DNA from: a virus
Virus record (IMG/VR): IMGVR_UViG_3300042923_001459
Span: 1 to 64,000 of that record
Strand: one strand, 5' to 3'
DNA: 64,000 nt
This document shows positions 9,493-18,760 of the stretch, piece by piece. The notes under the pieces are model-generated. The model was not told the origin of the DNA. It saw nothing but the letters and a program-made list of their open reading frames with translations, and did no database searches. Made by a program: the position numbers and the translations under genes. How positions within the stretch are numbered: position 1 is the first letter of the stretch; every line of letters begins with the position of its first letter.

Positions 9493-9957
9493 TTACGCCT
9501 CCGGATATACATCTTTCCAAATAAAATCTCTATGTTCCCATCCTTGCACAATGTATTTTCTTGATAAGAAATGAGCCCTTAAATTATGACTCACAGGAAT
9601 AACATTCAACTTAAAGGATTTAAATTTCTTTAAGTTATTAGCAATCATAAAGACATTACTTTTTTCTAGTCCAATAGGAATAGCATCCTTTTTAACAATG
9701 TGTTTGTTGTATATTTTGGTAACTCTATCGTGAACTTCTTTAGAATTGAAATTGATTTCAACATTTTCCGCACCAATTTCAACTAAACGATCAACAACTA
9801 CCTTTAATGCTAATACGTGTTGACGTAATGATTTTTCTGCATCTTCAACTTGAACTACATTCTCCTCAATAAATTTGCCATTTTTGAAAATCAAGTAAGA
9901 AACTGCAGATTTCTCTCCCTTTAAAGAACCTGTGCAATAAGCTGTATATAAACTCAT
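9493..9957 (-). CDS. RNase HI-fold protein, catalytic acidic residues absent
   Basis: Aligns by eye to RNase HI family: YCTGS / HVLAL / NFNSKEV / IPVSHNLRAHFLS in place of YxDG / EYxAL / GDSxLV / IPRxxNxxADxL. Confidence 0.6.
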   Translation of the reverse strand: MSLYTAYCTGSLKGEKSAVSYLIFKNGKFIEENVVQVEDAEKSLRQHVLALKVVVDRLVEIGAENVEINFNSKEVHDRVTKIYNKHIVKKDAIPIGLEKSNVFMIANNLKKFKSFKLNVIPVSHNLRAHFLSRKYIVQGWEHRDFIWKDVYPEA

Positions 9958-9958
9958 A

Positions 9959-10228
9959 TTATACATCCTCCATCAGTTTTATTAAGTATCTATCATTTTC
10001 TTTCCAATAATTTATCTTTGCATCAACATCTCGATGATATTCTCTCCATTGTTCATTGTCGTATGTGTAGTGAGCGTGAAACTCTTCATAAAAAATAACT
10101 GTCATGGTTGAACCGTAAGCAAATTCATAATAGTAACATCTGTTCGGACAAGCTTCCGAGTTTTCATCGTTATCACCTGTTTGTTTCATTTTGGCTTCAC
10201 AAATTGGACATTTAGACACATTATTCAC
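9959..10228 (-). CDS. CPIC/WKENDRY family, copy 12
   Basis: CPIC...CPNRCY...YWKENDRYL. Confidence 0.85.
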   Translation of the reverse strand: MNNVSKCPICEAKMKQTGDNDENSEACPNRCYYYEFAYGSTMTVIFYEEFHAHYTYDNEQWREYHRDVDAKINYWKENDRYLIKLMEDV

Positions 10229-10550
10229 CTACCATTATTTTTGCTAAGTATCTATCATTTGCCTTCCAATAAGACACTCGTTCTAAGAACTTTTTCATAT
10301 CTTCATCAAATTTCTTTTGTCTTTCGTAATCTCTTGGTTGAATTGGATGCCATTGTAAAAGCGCTTCTTTATATAACTCTAAGAGAAAATATTCTTCTCC
10401 AAAAATTTTAACACTTACATTTTCACCCTGTGGATCAACATCATATGTAACACAACCATTGCTACACCAAAGATCAGTAGCTCCATCATATTCCGAATTT
10501 AACTCCTTACTGCAAATAGGACAAACATGATAATTGTAATCAAATTTCAT
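10221..10550 (-). CDS. CPIC/WKENDRY family, copy 13
   Basis: CPIC...CSNGCV...YWKANDRYL. Confidence 0.85.
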   Translation of the reverse strand: MKFDYNYHVCPICSKELNSEYDGATDLWCSNGCVTYDVDPQGENVSVKIFGEEYFLLELYKEALLQWHPIQPRDYERQKKFDEDMKKFLERVSYWKANDRYLAKIMVGE

Positions 10551-10579
10551 TTTAATCACCGTCTTTAATTTTTTTTATT

Positions 10580-10608
10580 ATTTTATGAAAGATTGTATAT
10601 TATGTAAA
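10580..10608 (-). promoter_or_regulatory. sigma-A-type promoter
   Basis: TTTACA-17 nt-TAAAAT upstream of copy 13. Confidence 0.55.
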
Positions 10609-10711
10609 CACAATTTCTTTACCCATTTCTTAACAAAAAATATTACAAAGGTAATATTTTTTATATACTTATTGTATATAGATTACAAATAACATTCGTG
10701 GAGGTTTTAAA

Positions 10712-11170
10712 ATGTCAAAATATGACGTTGTACTAAATATTAAATTAGATCAAGAGCTAAAATCAGCAATAGAAAAATTTGCAGAAGAATATGACGTTAC
10801 TTCATCTTCTGTAGTAAGAAGTATACTAAAACAACACTTTAATAAGGTTGATAATTTAAATGAAAAACAGACATACTATTACGATCACTTACTTCAAGAA
10901 ATCATTAATAATCAAGATCAAATTAATGATGTTGAATTTCAATCCAGCTTTGGCAAAAATCCATTAGTTAAAGTTGTTAAAGTCGGAAAACAAGAAGAAA
11001 AGAAAAATCAAATGTTAATAAGCAGAATAGAAGCTTTAGAAAATAGTTTCACAAAATACGTGCCAGCCACATATTCTTTAGCAAAAGATAGACATGAAGG
11101 TATCGTAGCTGGAGATTTGGAAATTGCTAGCGAAATAATAAAAAGAGAAAGGAAAAAAGGAGTGGAGTAA
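10712..11170 (+). CDS. ribbon-helix-helix (CopG-like) DNA-binding protein
   Basis: N-terminal VLNIKLDQELKSAIEKFAEEYDVTSSSVVRSIL. Confidence 0.7.
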   Translation: MSKYDVVLNIKLDQELKSAIEKFAEEYDVTSSSVVRSILKQHFNKVDNLNEKQTYYYDHLLQEIINNQDQINDVEFQSSFGKNPLVKVVKVGKQEEKKNQMLISRIEALENSFTKYVPATYSLAKDRHEGIVAGDLEIASEIIKRERKKGVE

Positions 11171-11187
11171 AATCCATTCCCTTTTTA
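11153..11187. terminator. bidirectional terminator
   Basis: AAAAAGGAGTGGA/TCCATTCCCTTTTT between convergent genes. Confidence 0.6.
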
Positions 11188-11192
11188 TCTTA

Positions 11193-11543
11193 TTATTTGA
11201 TTTTATATTTTTTTCTAAGTCCTTCTAATTCATTAGAGTATTTCATTTTATTGGAAACTTCATTGTCTTCTAGTTTCTTCATGTCTTTTAATTTTGTTTT
11301 CAAACGATAAACTTCAGATTCAGCCTTAGATAATTCTTCTTTCAGCAATTGTTCTTGTTGAGCATCTTCGCATGAACAGAAATAAATAATCTCCTCATCC
11401 CATCTATTGTTGTGAGAACATCCAACATCCTTACGTTGCGCCTTCTGTCCACAATACGAACAATAATGAACTTCAACGTGTGAAGAAAAACTAAACATGC
11501 CTGGTTCATACTCATTAAAGGTAAATGTTGATGTACTTTTCAT
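11193..11543 (-). CDS. hypothetical protein (CSYC...CSC putative Zn site, coiled coil)
   Basis: ORF with AGGGAG SD. Confidence 0.7.
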   Translation of the reverse strand: MKSTSTFTFNEYEPGMFSFSSHVEVHYCSYCGQKAQRKDVGCSHNNRWDEEIIYFCSCEDAQQEQLLKEELSKAESEVYRLKTKLKDMKKLEDNEVSNKMKYSNELEGLRKKYKIK

Positions 11544-11653
11544 AAAATCTCTCCCTATGTTTGATATTATATTGTATATATTTAGTGAATAAGTTTGAAA
11601 TGAAATAAAAAAGAAACAGACTTATGTCTATTTCTTCATAACGCCTATATTGT

Positions 11654-12118
11654 TCAATCAGTGTGTTGTTTTGCAATTTTATAAAGTCTACTAATAGACA
11701 CACTTGCCGTTTTGCCAGGCTCTACATTTAATTTCTTTTCATGCATTTCTTCATCCCACGGACCGTCGTCCCCGACATCTGACGCAACATAAGCTTTTAT
11801 TTTATCTTTACCAGCTTTTTGGAATCCCAATGTGCGATGATATCCATCAGCCACCTGATAACGACCAGTTGATTGTTTAACAAGTACTACTGGATCCATC
11901 TTTTGACCATCTTGAACAGCTTTTGCTATACCATTAACCTTACCCATATTACGACCACCCGGACGACGTGACATGTTAATGTCTGAGAGCTTTATTGTCT
12001 TTAAACTCCAATTAGCCTTCTTTACCCAACCAAGAACATCCTTCGGATAATGCTCTTTTAATTTATTGTATACTTCACTTTGCAAATCTTTGCTTGACTT
12101 CTTAATCAATCTGCTCAT
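11654..12118 (-). CDS. ParB/Srx N-terminal-domain protein
   Basis: PVVLVK...YQVADGYHR motif. Confidence 0.75.
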   Translation of the reverse strand: MSRLIKKSSKDLQSEVYNKLKEHYPKDVLGWVKKANWSLKTIKLSDINMSRRPGGRNMGKVNGIAKAVQDGQKMDPVVLVKQSTGRYQVADGYHRTLGFQKAGKDKIKAYVASDVGDDGPWDEEMHEKKLNVEPGKTASVSISRLYKIAKQHTD

Positions 12119-12131
12119 TTTAACTTTCCTC

Positions 12132-12626
12132 CTACTTGTTTCTTCTCTTTTGTTCTACTTCACTAATCATTCTTAATATCTTTTTAGCAAACATCTTTTG
12201 TCCCTCATTAATATATCTATCCTCAATGTCAATAGCGCGTTCATTCTTTATGTCAGTTAGTTCTTCTTCAATGAACTTCTTAAACACAGTAAAGTCAAAA
12301 TCGCTTGCTTCTCTTTGTCTAAACATACCTTGAGTTCTTTCAATCTCTTTAAGTATTTTTTCTTCAATATACCTTTCGATATCATCTTCAAAAGGATCTT
12401 CATAGTTTTTAGTTGTCTCAGCATATTTGTCTGTTTCATTACTAACCAAAACAACAGGATTGTTCTCATTATTAATTAAAAATCTATTCAAGAAAAAACC
12501 ATCCTTAGAATAAGCATTATGTAGCATGGAATGCTCTCCCTCAAATGAATTGTTTTTTCTATTGTAAGCATTCAAATAGGTGAACGTCTTACTTACATCG
12601 GATAAAATAATATATGTTTTACGCAA
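12132..12626 (-). CDS. hypothetical protein
   Basis: TTG start after AGGAGG. Confidence 0.7.
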   Translation of the reverse strand: MRKTYIILSDVSKTFTYLNAYNRKNNSFEGEHSMLHNAYSKDGFFLNRFLINNENNPVVLVSNETDKYAETTKNYEDPFEDDIERYIEEKILKEIERTQGMFRQREASDFDFTVFKKFIEEELTDIKNERAIDIEDRYINEGQKMFAKKILRMISEVEQKRRNK

Positions 12627-12692
12627 TCAGATTACCTCCTACACTATTTAAAAAATAGTAAATTAAGTAATCTGAACTATATTACATCAAAC

Positions 12693-12723
12693 AAAATAAA
12701 AAGGAGTAGATTTCTCCACTCCT
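12693..12723 (-). terminator. intrinsic terminator after copy 14
   Basis: AGGAGTGGA/TCTACTCCT stem plus TTTTATTTT. Confidence 0.65.
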
Positions 12724-13015
12724 AATCACTTATGATTTTTATCAAATATCTGTCGTTTTCTTTCCAATACTCAATGCGTTCTCTAATTTGAGTCTCTTGT
12801 TTTCTGTATTTTGTTTCTCCATCACGCTTAACTAGATTAAAATAACCTTTATTTCCATCTAAATTTACAATAATAGAAACATCGCTTCCGCTGACTTCAT
12901 TATATCCAAATGTATAACAACCGTTTACACAATTAGTTGCCATAGATTCAACATCAAACTTTACCCTACCATCGCATATTGGACATTTTTTATTCTGCAT
13001 ATAAATATCAATCAT
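12722..13015 (-). CDS. CPIC/WKENDRY family, copy 14
   Basis: MIDIYMQNKKCPIC...CVNGCY...YWKENDRYL. Confidence 0.85.
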   Translation of the reverse strand: MIDIYMQNKKCPICDGRVKFDVESMATNCVNGCYTFGYNEVSGSDVSIIVNLDGNKGYFNLVKRDGETKYRKQETQIRERIEYWKENDRYLIKIISD

Positions 13016-13017
13016 AA

Positions 13018-13302
13018 TTATTTTGACAATAGATTCAATAAATATCTATCATCTTGCCTCCAGTACTCAATTTTCTTCTTGATGCTTTTTCTATCTAAAT
13101 ACTTTACAATAAAATTGTCGTCATCCCAAATAGAAGCAACCTTTTCATCAAACACATAGTAATCTATATATCCATATCCACCATACGTGGTATAACAACC
13201 ATTTCTACAAATTTTATTGCTACCATTATACCATGTCATTTCAGATTCACAAACCGGACAACAGTACTCAAAATTCTTAAATTTTTTCTTATTCACCGAC
13301 AA
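13018..13302 (-). CDS. CPIC/WKENDRY family, copy 15
   Basis: CPVC...CRNGCY...YWRQDDRYL. Confidence 0.85.
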   Translation of the reverse strand: MSVNKKKFKNFEYCCPVCESEMTWYNGSNKICRNGCYTTYGGYGYIDYYVFDEKVASIWDDDNFIVKYLDRKSIKKKIEYWRQDDRYLLNLLSK

Positions 13303-13570
13303 TTATCCTCATTAAATATTTGTCATTCTCTTTCCAATAATTAATTTTGTCAATTATCTTTTTCTTTTGTGTCTTAGTACTAAAATAAGTTTCTTCCTCA
13401 TTATCTTCATCATAAAATATAGAAACAGCATACCCGTTTGAAATATCGCTCCTGTATATCTCATAACATTTGTTTACGCATACAGAATCAAATTTGTAAA
13501 AATCACTTACAACAATATTTGATTCGCATATTGGACATTTTCTATTTTTACAATAAATGTCAATTTCCAT
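13289..13570 (-). CDS. CPIC/WKENDRY family, copy 16
   Basis: MEIDIYCKNRKCPIC...CVNKCY...YWKENDKYL. Confidence 0.85.
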   Translation of the reverse strand: MEIDIYCKNRKCPICESNIVVSDFYKFDSVCVNKCYEIYRSDISNGYAVSIFYDEDNEEETYFSTKTQKKKIIDKINYWKENDKYLMRIIVGE

Positions 13571-13880
13571 CTTTCTCAACCTTCTCTTTAAAGGTGTCAC
13601 ATTGGCAATACTTACATCCACATGGATAGTTGTTTTCGTAACTATCAAAATGTCTATAATAAACATGATTACACTCACAAACTCTATTATCTCCATAATG
13701 CGGATTGTATTTTCTATTTTTACTTATCTCAATAGCACTAATATAAGGAGCTTCTTTTACATCTTCAACCAAATGTAAACAATCACATTCTTCCAAATCC
13801 TTCAACAACTGCTCTTTAGTTATATTCTTAAAATAATCGTCAAGTTGTTTCATTAGTATCTTTTCATCCCACATATTCAT
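13560..13880 (-). CDS. hypothetical Cys/His-rich phage protein
   Basis: CECNHVYYRHFDSYE...CGCKYCQC. Confidence 0.7.
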   Translation of the reverse strand: MNMWDEKILMKQLDDYFKNITKEQLLKDLEECDCLHLVEDVKEAPYISAIEISKNRKYNPHYGDNRVCECNHVYYRHFDSYENNYPCGCKYCQCDTFKEKVEKDGN

Positions 13881-13955
13881 CTACCACCTTTTAATTATAT
13901 TATATATATTTAGTTGGCAAACTTGAACAGAATCTAAATAGAAATATATGAAGTC

Positions 13956-14220
13956 ACATGAAATATAAAATATTGCAACTAGAAATAACATCATAGATAA
14001 TATAAATAGAGGTGATTTTATGTCGAAAAAAATTAAGTTCACCGGTTTTGATGCTGGAGTTAATGCGGAATCATTAACATTGTCTCTTTATCACAATAAT
14101 CAAGATGTTAAATTTTTAAAATTAACTGAAAATCAAGAAGTTACTATTTCTGAAGATGACTACAATAGTTTGCCTGAAAGCTTATTTGAAAATGGAACTA
14201 TAGTTTTAGTTGAAGATGTT
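13956..14220 (+). repeat. duplicated upstream region plus N-terminal anchor coding sequence (copy A)
   Basis: ACATGAAATATAAAATATT...TAGAGGTGATTTT-ATG and first ~65 codons similar to 15971..16230. Confidence 0.8.
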
Positions 14221-15951
14221 AATTTAACAAAAGTAAGTATTGATATTGTAAATGTTAAAAGTTTTGGAGCAATTGGAGACGGAGTAAATGATGATTCAGA
14301 TGCTATATTAGCAACTTTTGATTATGCTTTCTCAAATAACAAGGTTGTTTATTTTCCCGCAGGCTCATTTATGATAAGCAAACCAATTGTTTTTAAAGCT
14401 CCTTTTTACGGTTTGTCAAATCATTCTAGTGCTATAAAAGCATTACCTTCTTTTGTAGGAAGACATGATTCAAATTGGGCAGCAACAACAGCATATGCAC
14501 TAAATAGCTATGTATTGTCAACAAATGGGAAAATTTACAAAGCAACTGTGGCTGGTACAAGTGGTTCAACAGCACCATCTCATGCAAGTGGAACATCAGG
14601 AGACGGAACAGTAACTTGGCAATATGTAGATTCATTCATGATTGATTTTTATCATCTAAACTACAAAGAACGTAAATACATTAAAGGAATTAACTTTAGT
14701 GCTCAAAATGTAGTTGGTTTAAAAATCTTTGGTAGTTCAAGTACTGGCGGTGGTGCAGGTAGTGCTCAAACTTTATTTGAAGATTTATGGTTTACAAATA
14801 CACATGCAAATGTTTATGCTGTTGGTGGGGATAGTGGCGGAGTAGTTGAAGCAGGTATGCTTACAGGCGGTACTTTTTTAAGATGTACATGGAACGGTTG
14901 CCCTAGAATGCTTAAAATAGGTAGTAACCAAGATGACACAGTGTTTATTGGTTGTCGTTTTGTTATGCCGGGTACTCCACCTGGTGGCTATACAATGGAA
15001 CTTCAAGGTCAAAACTGTAATTTTACTGATAGTTATATGTCCTTAACTACTGGTTGGTCAAGCGGTGGAATTAAAACATTGATTTTCGTTGGAAGTTTTC
15101 CTGTAAAATTTTCAGGATTATTTTTAGAATGTAACAGCGGTGATTTTACGCATGTATTCCATTGTGGAAATCCTAGCGCGGTACTTATTTTAGAAAATGT
15201 TGTTCATAGAATAGTTGGAAATTCACCATATGTTTCATTAATTCGCTCACAAGTTAATGGTTCTACAAACCCTGATGGAACAACTATAGATGTAAGAAAT
15301 ATTTATGCTTATACAGGAACAACAACTCCAGTTCTTGATGTTTACACAAACGGAATTGCTTCCCCTCAATCAATTACATTTAGATTCAGTGGTATTGATA
15401 TGTTCCCAAATATCATGCAATTCGCAACTGGTAGTGGTGGAGCTGATAACGCAAATGGTTCAGTTAAGTTATTCGGTAACTTTAAAGGAAAATCATATGA
15501 ACACGCAGTCAATTGGACAAATGGAGTAAATAAATTAATACCATTAAAGGCGGATGGTCGTTATGGAATGGTTACAAGTGAAAGTAATGTAACAATTGCT
15601 TCTCAAGTAAGTCCATCAATTTCAACCTTTACCTTACCATCAGCAGGTATGTGGCTAGTTGCTGTTACTGCAAAATTGAATGGAAGTAAAGATCATATGG
15701 GTAATACTTTGTATTTAGTTAATTACTATGATGCAACCAATGATACTTTAACTTCAGAGAATTTGGGTAATGGTTCAAAATTCTCAGCGGGAAGTGGATT
15801 TGGAGCTAACGTTTTGACCGTTAGTGCACCAACGACTGCAGGGGTACTAACTATTACAGCTGGATGGACAGATGGAGCAGCTCACTCGGTTGTTTTCTCG
15901 GTTCAAGCTAGAAAATTAACTTCCTATGATACAGGTTTTAACGGATACTAA
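14020..15951 (+). CDS. beta-helix (pectate lyase 3-like) spike/fibre protein A
   Basis: NVKSFGAIGDGVNDDSDAI...VYFPAG; inserted WAATTAY...GTVTWQY carbohydrate-binding-type segment; Gly/Ser/Thr-rich body. Confidence 0.75.
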   Translation: MSKKIKFTGFDAGVNAESLTLSLYHNNQDVKFLKLTENQEVTISEDDYNSLPESLFENGTIVLVEDVNLTKVSIDIVNVKSFGAIGDGVNDDSDAILATFDYAFSNNKVVYFPAGSFMISKPIVFKAPFYGLSNHSSAIKALPSFVGRHDSNWAATTAYALNSYVLSTNGKIYKATVAGTSGSTAPSHASGTSGDGTVTWQYVDSFMIDFYHLNYKERKYIKGINFSAQNVVGLKIFGSSSTGGGAGSAQTLFEDLWFTNTHANVYAVGGDSGGVVEAGMLTGGTFLRCTWNGCPRMLKIGSNQDDTVFIGCRFVMPGTPPGGYTMELQGQNCNFTDSYMSLTTGWSSGGIKTLIFVGSFPVKFSGLFLECNSGDFTHVFHCGNPSAVLILENVVHRIVGNSPYVSLIRSQVNGSTNPDGTTIDVRNIYAYTGTTTPVLDVYTNGIASPQSITFRFSGIDMFPNIMQFATGSGGADNANGSVKLFGNFKGKSYEHAVNWTNGVNKLIPLKADGRYGMVTSESNVTIASQVSPSISTFTLPSAGMWLVAVTAKLNGSKDHMGNTLYLVNYYDATNDTLTSENLGNGSKFSAGSGFGANVLTVSAPTTAGVLTITAGWTDGAAHSVVFSVQARKLTSYDTGFNGY

Positions 15952-15970
15952 GATAAAAATATTTAAGGTA

Positions 15971-16230
15971 ACATGAAATATAAAATATTTGCACCGAGAA
16001 ATAGCATAATAAAATATGAATAGAGGTGATTTTTATGTCAAAAAAAATCAAATTTACAGGTTTTGATGCTGGTGTTAATGCTGAAACATTAATATTATCT
16101 TTGTATCCAAACAACGAGGATGTTAAGTTTCTAAAATTAATTGAAAATCAAGAAGTTACTATTTCCAACAGTGACTATAACAACTTACCAGAAAGTTTAT
16201 TTACAGATGGAACAATAGTTCTACTTGAAG
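15971..16230 (+). repeat. duplicated upstream region plus N-terminal anchor coding sequence (copy B)
   Basis: Matches 13956..14220. Confidence 0.8.
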
Positions 16231-17564
16231 ACAAACTTTCAATAAATGCAAAAGAATTTAACGTTATAGGCGATGGAGTCGCAGACGATACGGTAGCTAT
16301 ACAAAACGCAATAAACGCAGCAACAAACGCTAAACTACCATTATTCTTACCAGCTGGTACTTACAAAATCACTGCTGGATTAACAGCCCCTGTAAGAAAC
16401 TTCATGATGTATGGAGCAGGCGGAACATTAACTAAAATCGTTCCAGATACTTATACATTCGATGTTTTAACTATTGGTACAGCTGCAGGTTCAGTTCCTA
16501 TTGGCTCATCAGGTTACCTAAAGGACATTTTCATTGAAGGTAAAACTACTTACTATTCAACAGATTACTGGACAGGAGTAAAATTAGTAAGTACGAGACA
16601 GTTCAATGTTGAAAACGTAACGGTTCATAAAATGTCAATTGGTTTCGATCTTATAAGTAATTGCTACGGAACCGTATTCAACAACTGTAGAGCTATGTTA
16701 GGAGCTGTCGGCGTAAACCTTAGATCAGGCCCAGAAAGTGGTAGTGATCTTAACTTCTATGGTGGTTGGTTTTCTGGAGTTGTTGCTGCTGTCCACATGA
16801 GTCCAGACGGTGGAGGATATCACTTCTTTGGTGGACAATTCTCTGGTGGAGCAAATTTATCTTCAGATCAAGACTTACTTGGTTCAATTATTATTGGTAA
16901 AGATTATATCACTGGAGCAGTTGGTATTACTCCAAACGTAATATTTGACGGTATTGATTTTGAAGGCGCAAAATATATGCACGCAATCAGATGTTTCGGT
17001 CAAACTACATTGACAATTCGTAATTGTAGCTTCTTACAAACTGATTCTTCAGCACCTGGATTATTAGCGGCTCCACTTAGTATTATTAAATCTGATAACG
17101 CTGTTCAATCTCAAATCATATTTGATAATAATGGAGTTAAAGGTTACTGGAAATCTGTTAAAGCGTTTGATATAACTGGTCAAGGAAGCGTATGTTATGT
17201 ACAGGAAACTGGAACAGTTCTTGAGTCTAATGTTAAATTCAATAACGTATCTGTTGGTAATGGAACTCCATTGATGGTTCAATCTCAATGCTCTTTAGGT
17301 TCTGCATTCTGGAGATCTGGTTCAGCACCAAAGGTATTGATGGGAAGTGTTATTTCTCGTATGACAAGCGGAAAATTAGAGAAATCATACGACTGGGGTA
17401 CAACTTGGAATACTGAAATTCCTTCTGGAACAACAGCAGCAAGACCTACTACCACAGCAATTATGTATGCAGGCTATATGTACTTTGATACAACTCTTGG
17501 AAAACCTATCTGGAGAAATACAGCTAATACTGGTTGGGTAGATTCTGCAGGTACAACAGTTTAA
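16035..17564 (+). CDS. beta-helix (pectate lyase 3-like) spike/fibre protein B
   Basis: NAKEFNVIGDGVADDTVAIQNAI...LPAGTY; C-terminal GTTAARP...YFDTTLGKPIW...WVDSAG fibre-tip motif. Confidence 0.75.
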   Translation: MSKKIKFTGFDAGVNAETLILSLYPNNEDVKFLKLIENQEVTISNSDYNNLPESLFTDGTIVLLEDKLSINAKEFNVIGDGVADDTVAIQNAINAATNAKLPLFLPAGTYKITAGLTAPVRNFMMYGAGGTLTKIVPDTYTFDVLTIGTAAGSVPIGSSGYLKDIFIEGKTTYYSTDYWTGVKLVSTRQFNVENVTVHKMSIGFDLISNCYGTVFNNCRAMLGAVGVNLRSGPESGSDLNFYGGWFSGVVAAVHMSPDGGGYHFFGGQFSGGANLSSDQDLLGSIIIGKDYITGAVGITPNVIFDGIDFEGAKYMHAIRCFGQTTLTIRNCSFLQTDSSAPGLLAAPLSIIKSDNAVQSQIIFDNNGVKGYWKSVKAFDITGQGSVCYVQETGTVLESNVKFNNVSVGNGTPLMVQSQCSLGSAFWRSGSAPKVLMGSVISRMTSGKLEKSYDWGTTWNTEIPSGTTAARPTTTAIMYAGYMYFDTTLGKPIWRNTANTGWVDSAGTTV

Positions 17565-17572
17565 TTTCTAAT

Positions 17573-17604
17573 AAAAAGAGTAGCTTAAAAGCTACTCTTT
17601 TTTT
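17573..17604. terminator. bidirectional terminator
   Basis: AAAAAGAGTAGCTT/AAGCTACTCTTTTT. Confidence 0.8.
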
Positions 17605-17645
17605 ATGTCATTTTTAAATATCATTACATTTGTTTTTCTAGCTCT

Positions 17646-18113
17646 CTAAAATTCAACCTCTACATTAAACTTAACACCATTCTCATTGTAATAAAATACC
17701 TTAAAACCATCTAATCTAGCATCAATTTCTCTATAAGTTACATCTCTCGGCCATTCAAAACTATATTGACCAATTTCTTCCCATTTCTCGTAAGTGATTT
17801 CTTCGGGCCAATCTTCATCATAAGCTGGTTCGCCATCCATTGAACCAAGATATTCATGACCAAACCAAAGTTTATATTCGGCATGCTTAGAATAAGAATT
17901 ACGAGCTTCATTCCATGGCAGATTTTTAAACTTATGTAATGTTGCAAGTACTTCTTCAACTAATTCAATTTTCTCAGATGGAATTCTAACATACTCCTTA
18001 GTATAAGCATCCGCGTCACCATGCATAAATTTAACTTCAATTTCATACCTGTTTGTACTTTTAGGGGTATCTGACATTGTCCCAATTGTTAATTTCAATT
18101 TTATTCTCTCCAT
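17646..18113 (-). CDS. hypothetical phage protein
   Basis: 155-aa ORF; MHGDADAY...WPRD. Confidence 0.7.
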   Translation of the reverse strand: MERIKLKLTIGTMSDTPKSTNRYEIEVKFMHGDADAYTKEYVRIPSEKIELVEEVLATLHKFKNLPWNEARNSYSKHAEYKLWFGHEYLGSMDGEPAYDEDWPEEITYEKWEEIGQYSFEWPRDVTYREIDARLDGFKVFYYNENGVKFNVEVEF

Positions 18114-18182
18114 TCATTTTTAATGATAAATAATTATTATTTATTAAGTCCTATTTTTTAACAAAATAAAAAGAGAGTATTT

Positions 18183-18461
18183 TTACTCCCCAACAAGGAT
18201 TCTCATTAAGTATCTATCATTCTCTTTCCAATATTCAATCTTCTCAATTATCTTCACCATTTGCTTTTTAATACTAAAATAAGTTTCATCTTCATTGTCT
18301 CTATCATAAAATACAGAGATTGCATACACTCTCTCTTCACCATCCATATGTATCTCATAACATTTATTTTCACAATAGGCAGAAAGATCGCTAAGATGAA
18401 TGAGATCGTTTTCACATATTGGACATTTGTTATCCTTACAATAAACATCTATTTCACTCAT
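18183..18461 (-). CDS. CPIC/WKENDRY family, copy 17
   Basis: IDVYCKDNKCPIC...CENKCY...YWKENDRYL. Confidence 0.85.
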   Translation of the reverse strand: MSEIDVYCKDNKCPICENDLIHLSDLSAYCENKCYEIHMDGEERVYAISVFYDRDNEDETYFSIKKQMVKIIEKIEYWKENDRYLMRILVGE

Positions 18462-18480
18462 TTTCTCCACCTTCTAGTCA

Positions 18481-18759
18481 TTAGTTAATAGTTAATATCT
18501 TGGTCAAGTATCTATCATTCTCTTTCCAATATTTAATAGTGTCTTCTATTTTATTGGATACATCAAAACACTGTTCTTTATTAAAATCATAGTGTTCATA
18601 AAATTCTTCTCCAAATATCAAAATTTTTGTAGTTCCATACGCATAATCTTCAGAATAGCAACCATTAACACATTTCTCATGAGACTCTTCTGTTCTTCCA
18701 TACTCATCACTATAAATATTATAATGAAGTTTTGAACCACAAATTGGACAATCTCGCAA
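18481..18759 (-). CDS. CPIC/WKENDRY family, copy 18
   Basis: CPIC...CVNGCY...YWKENDRYL. Confidence 0.85.
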   Translation of the reverse strand: MRDCPICGSKLHYNIYSDEYGRTEESHEKCVNGCYSEDYAYGTTKILIFGEEFYEHYDFNKEQCFDVSNKIEDTIKYWKENDRYLTKILTIN

Positions 18760-18760
18760 T

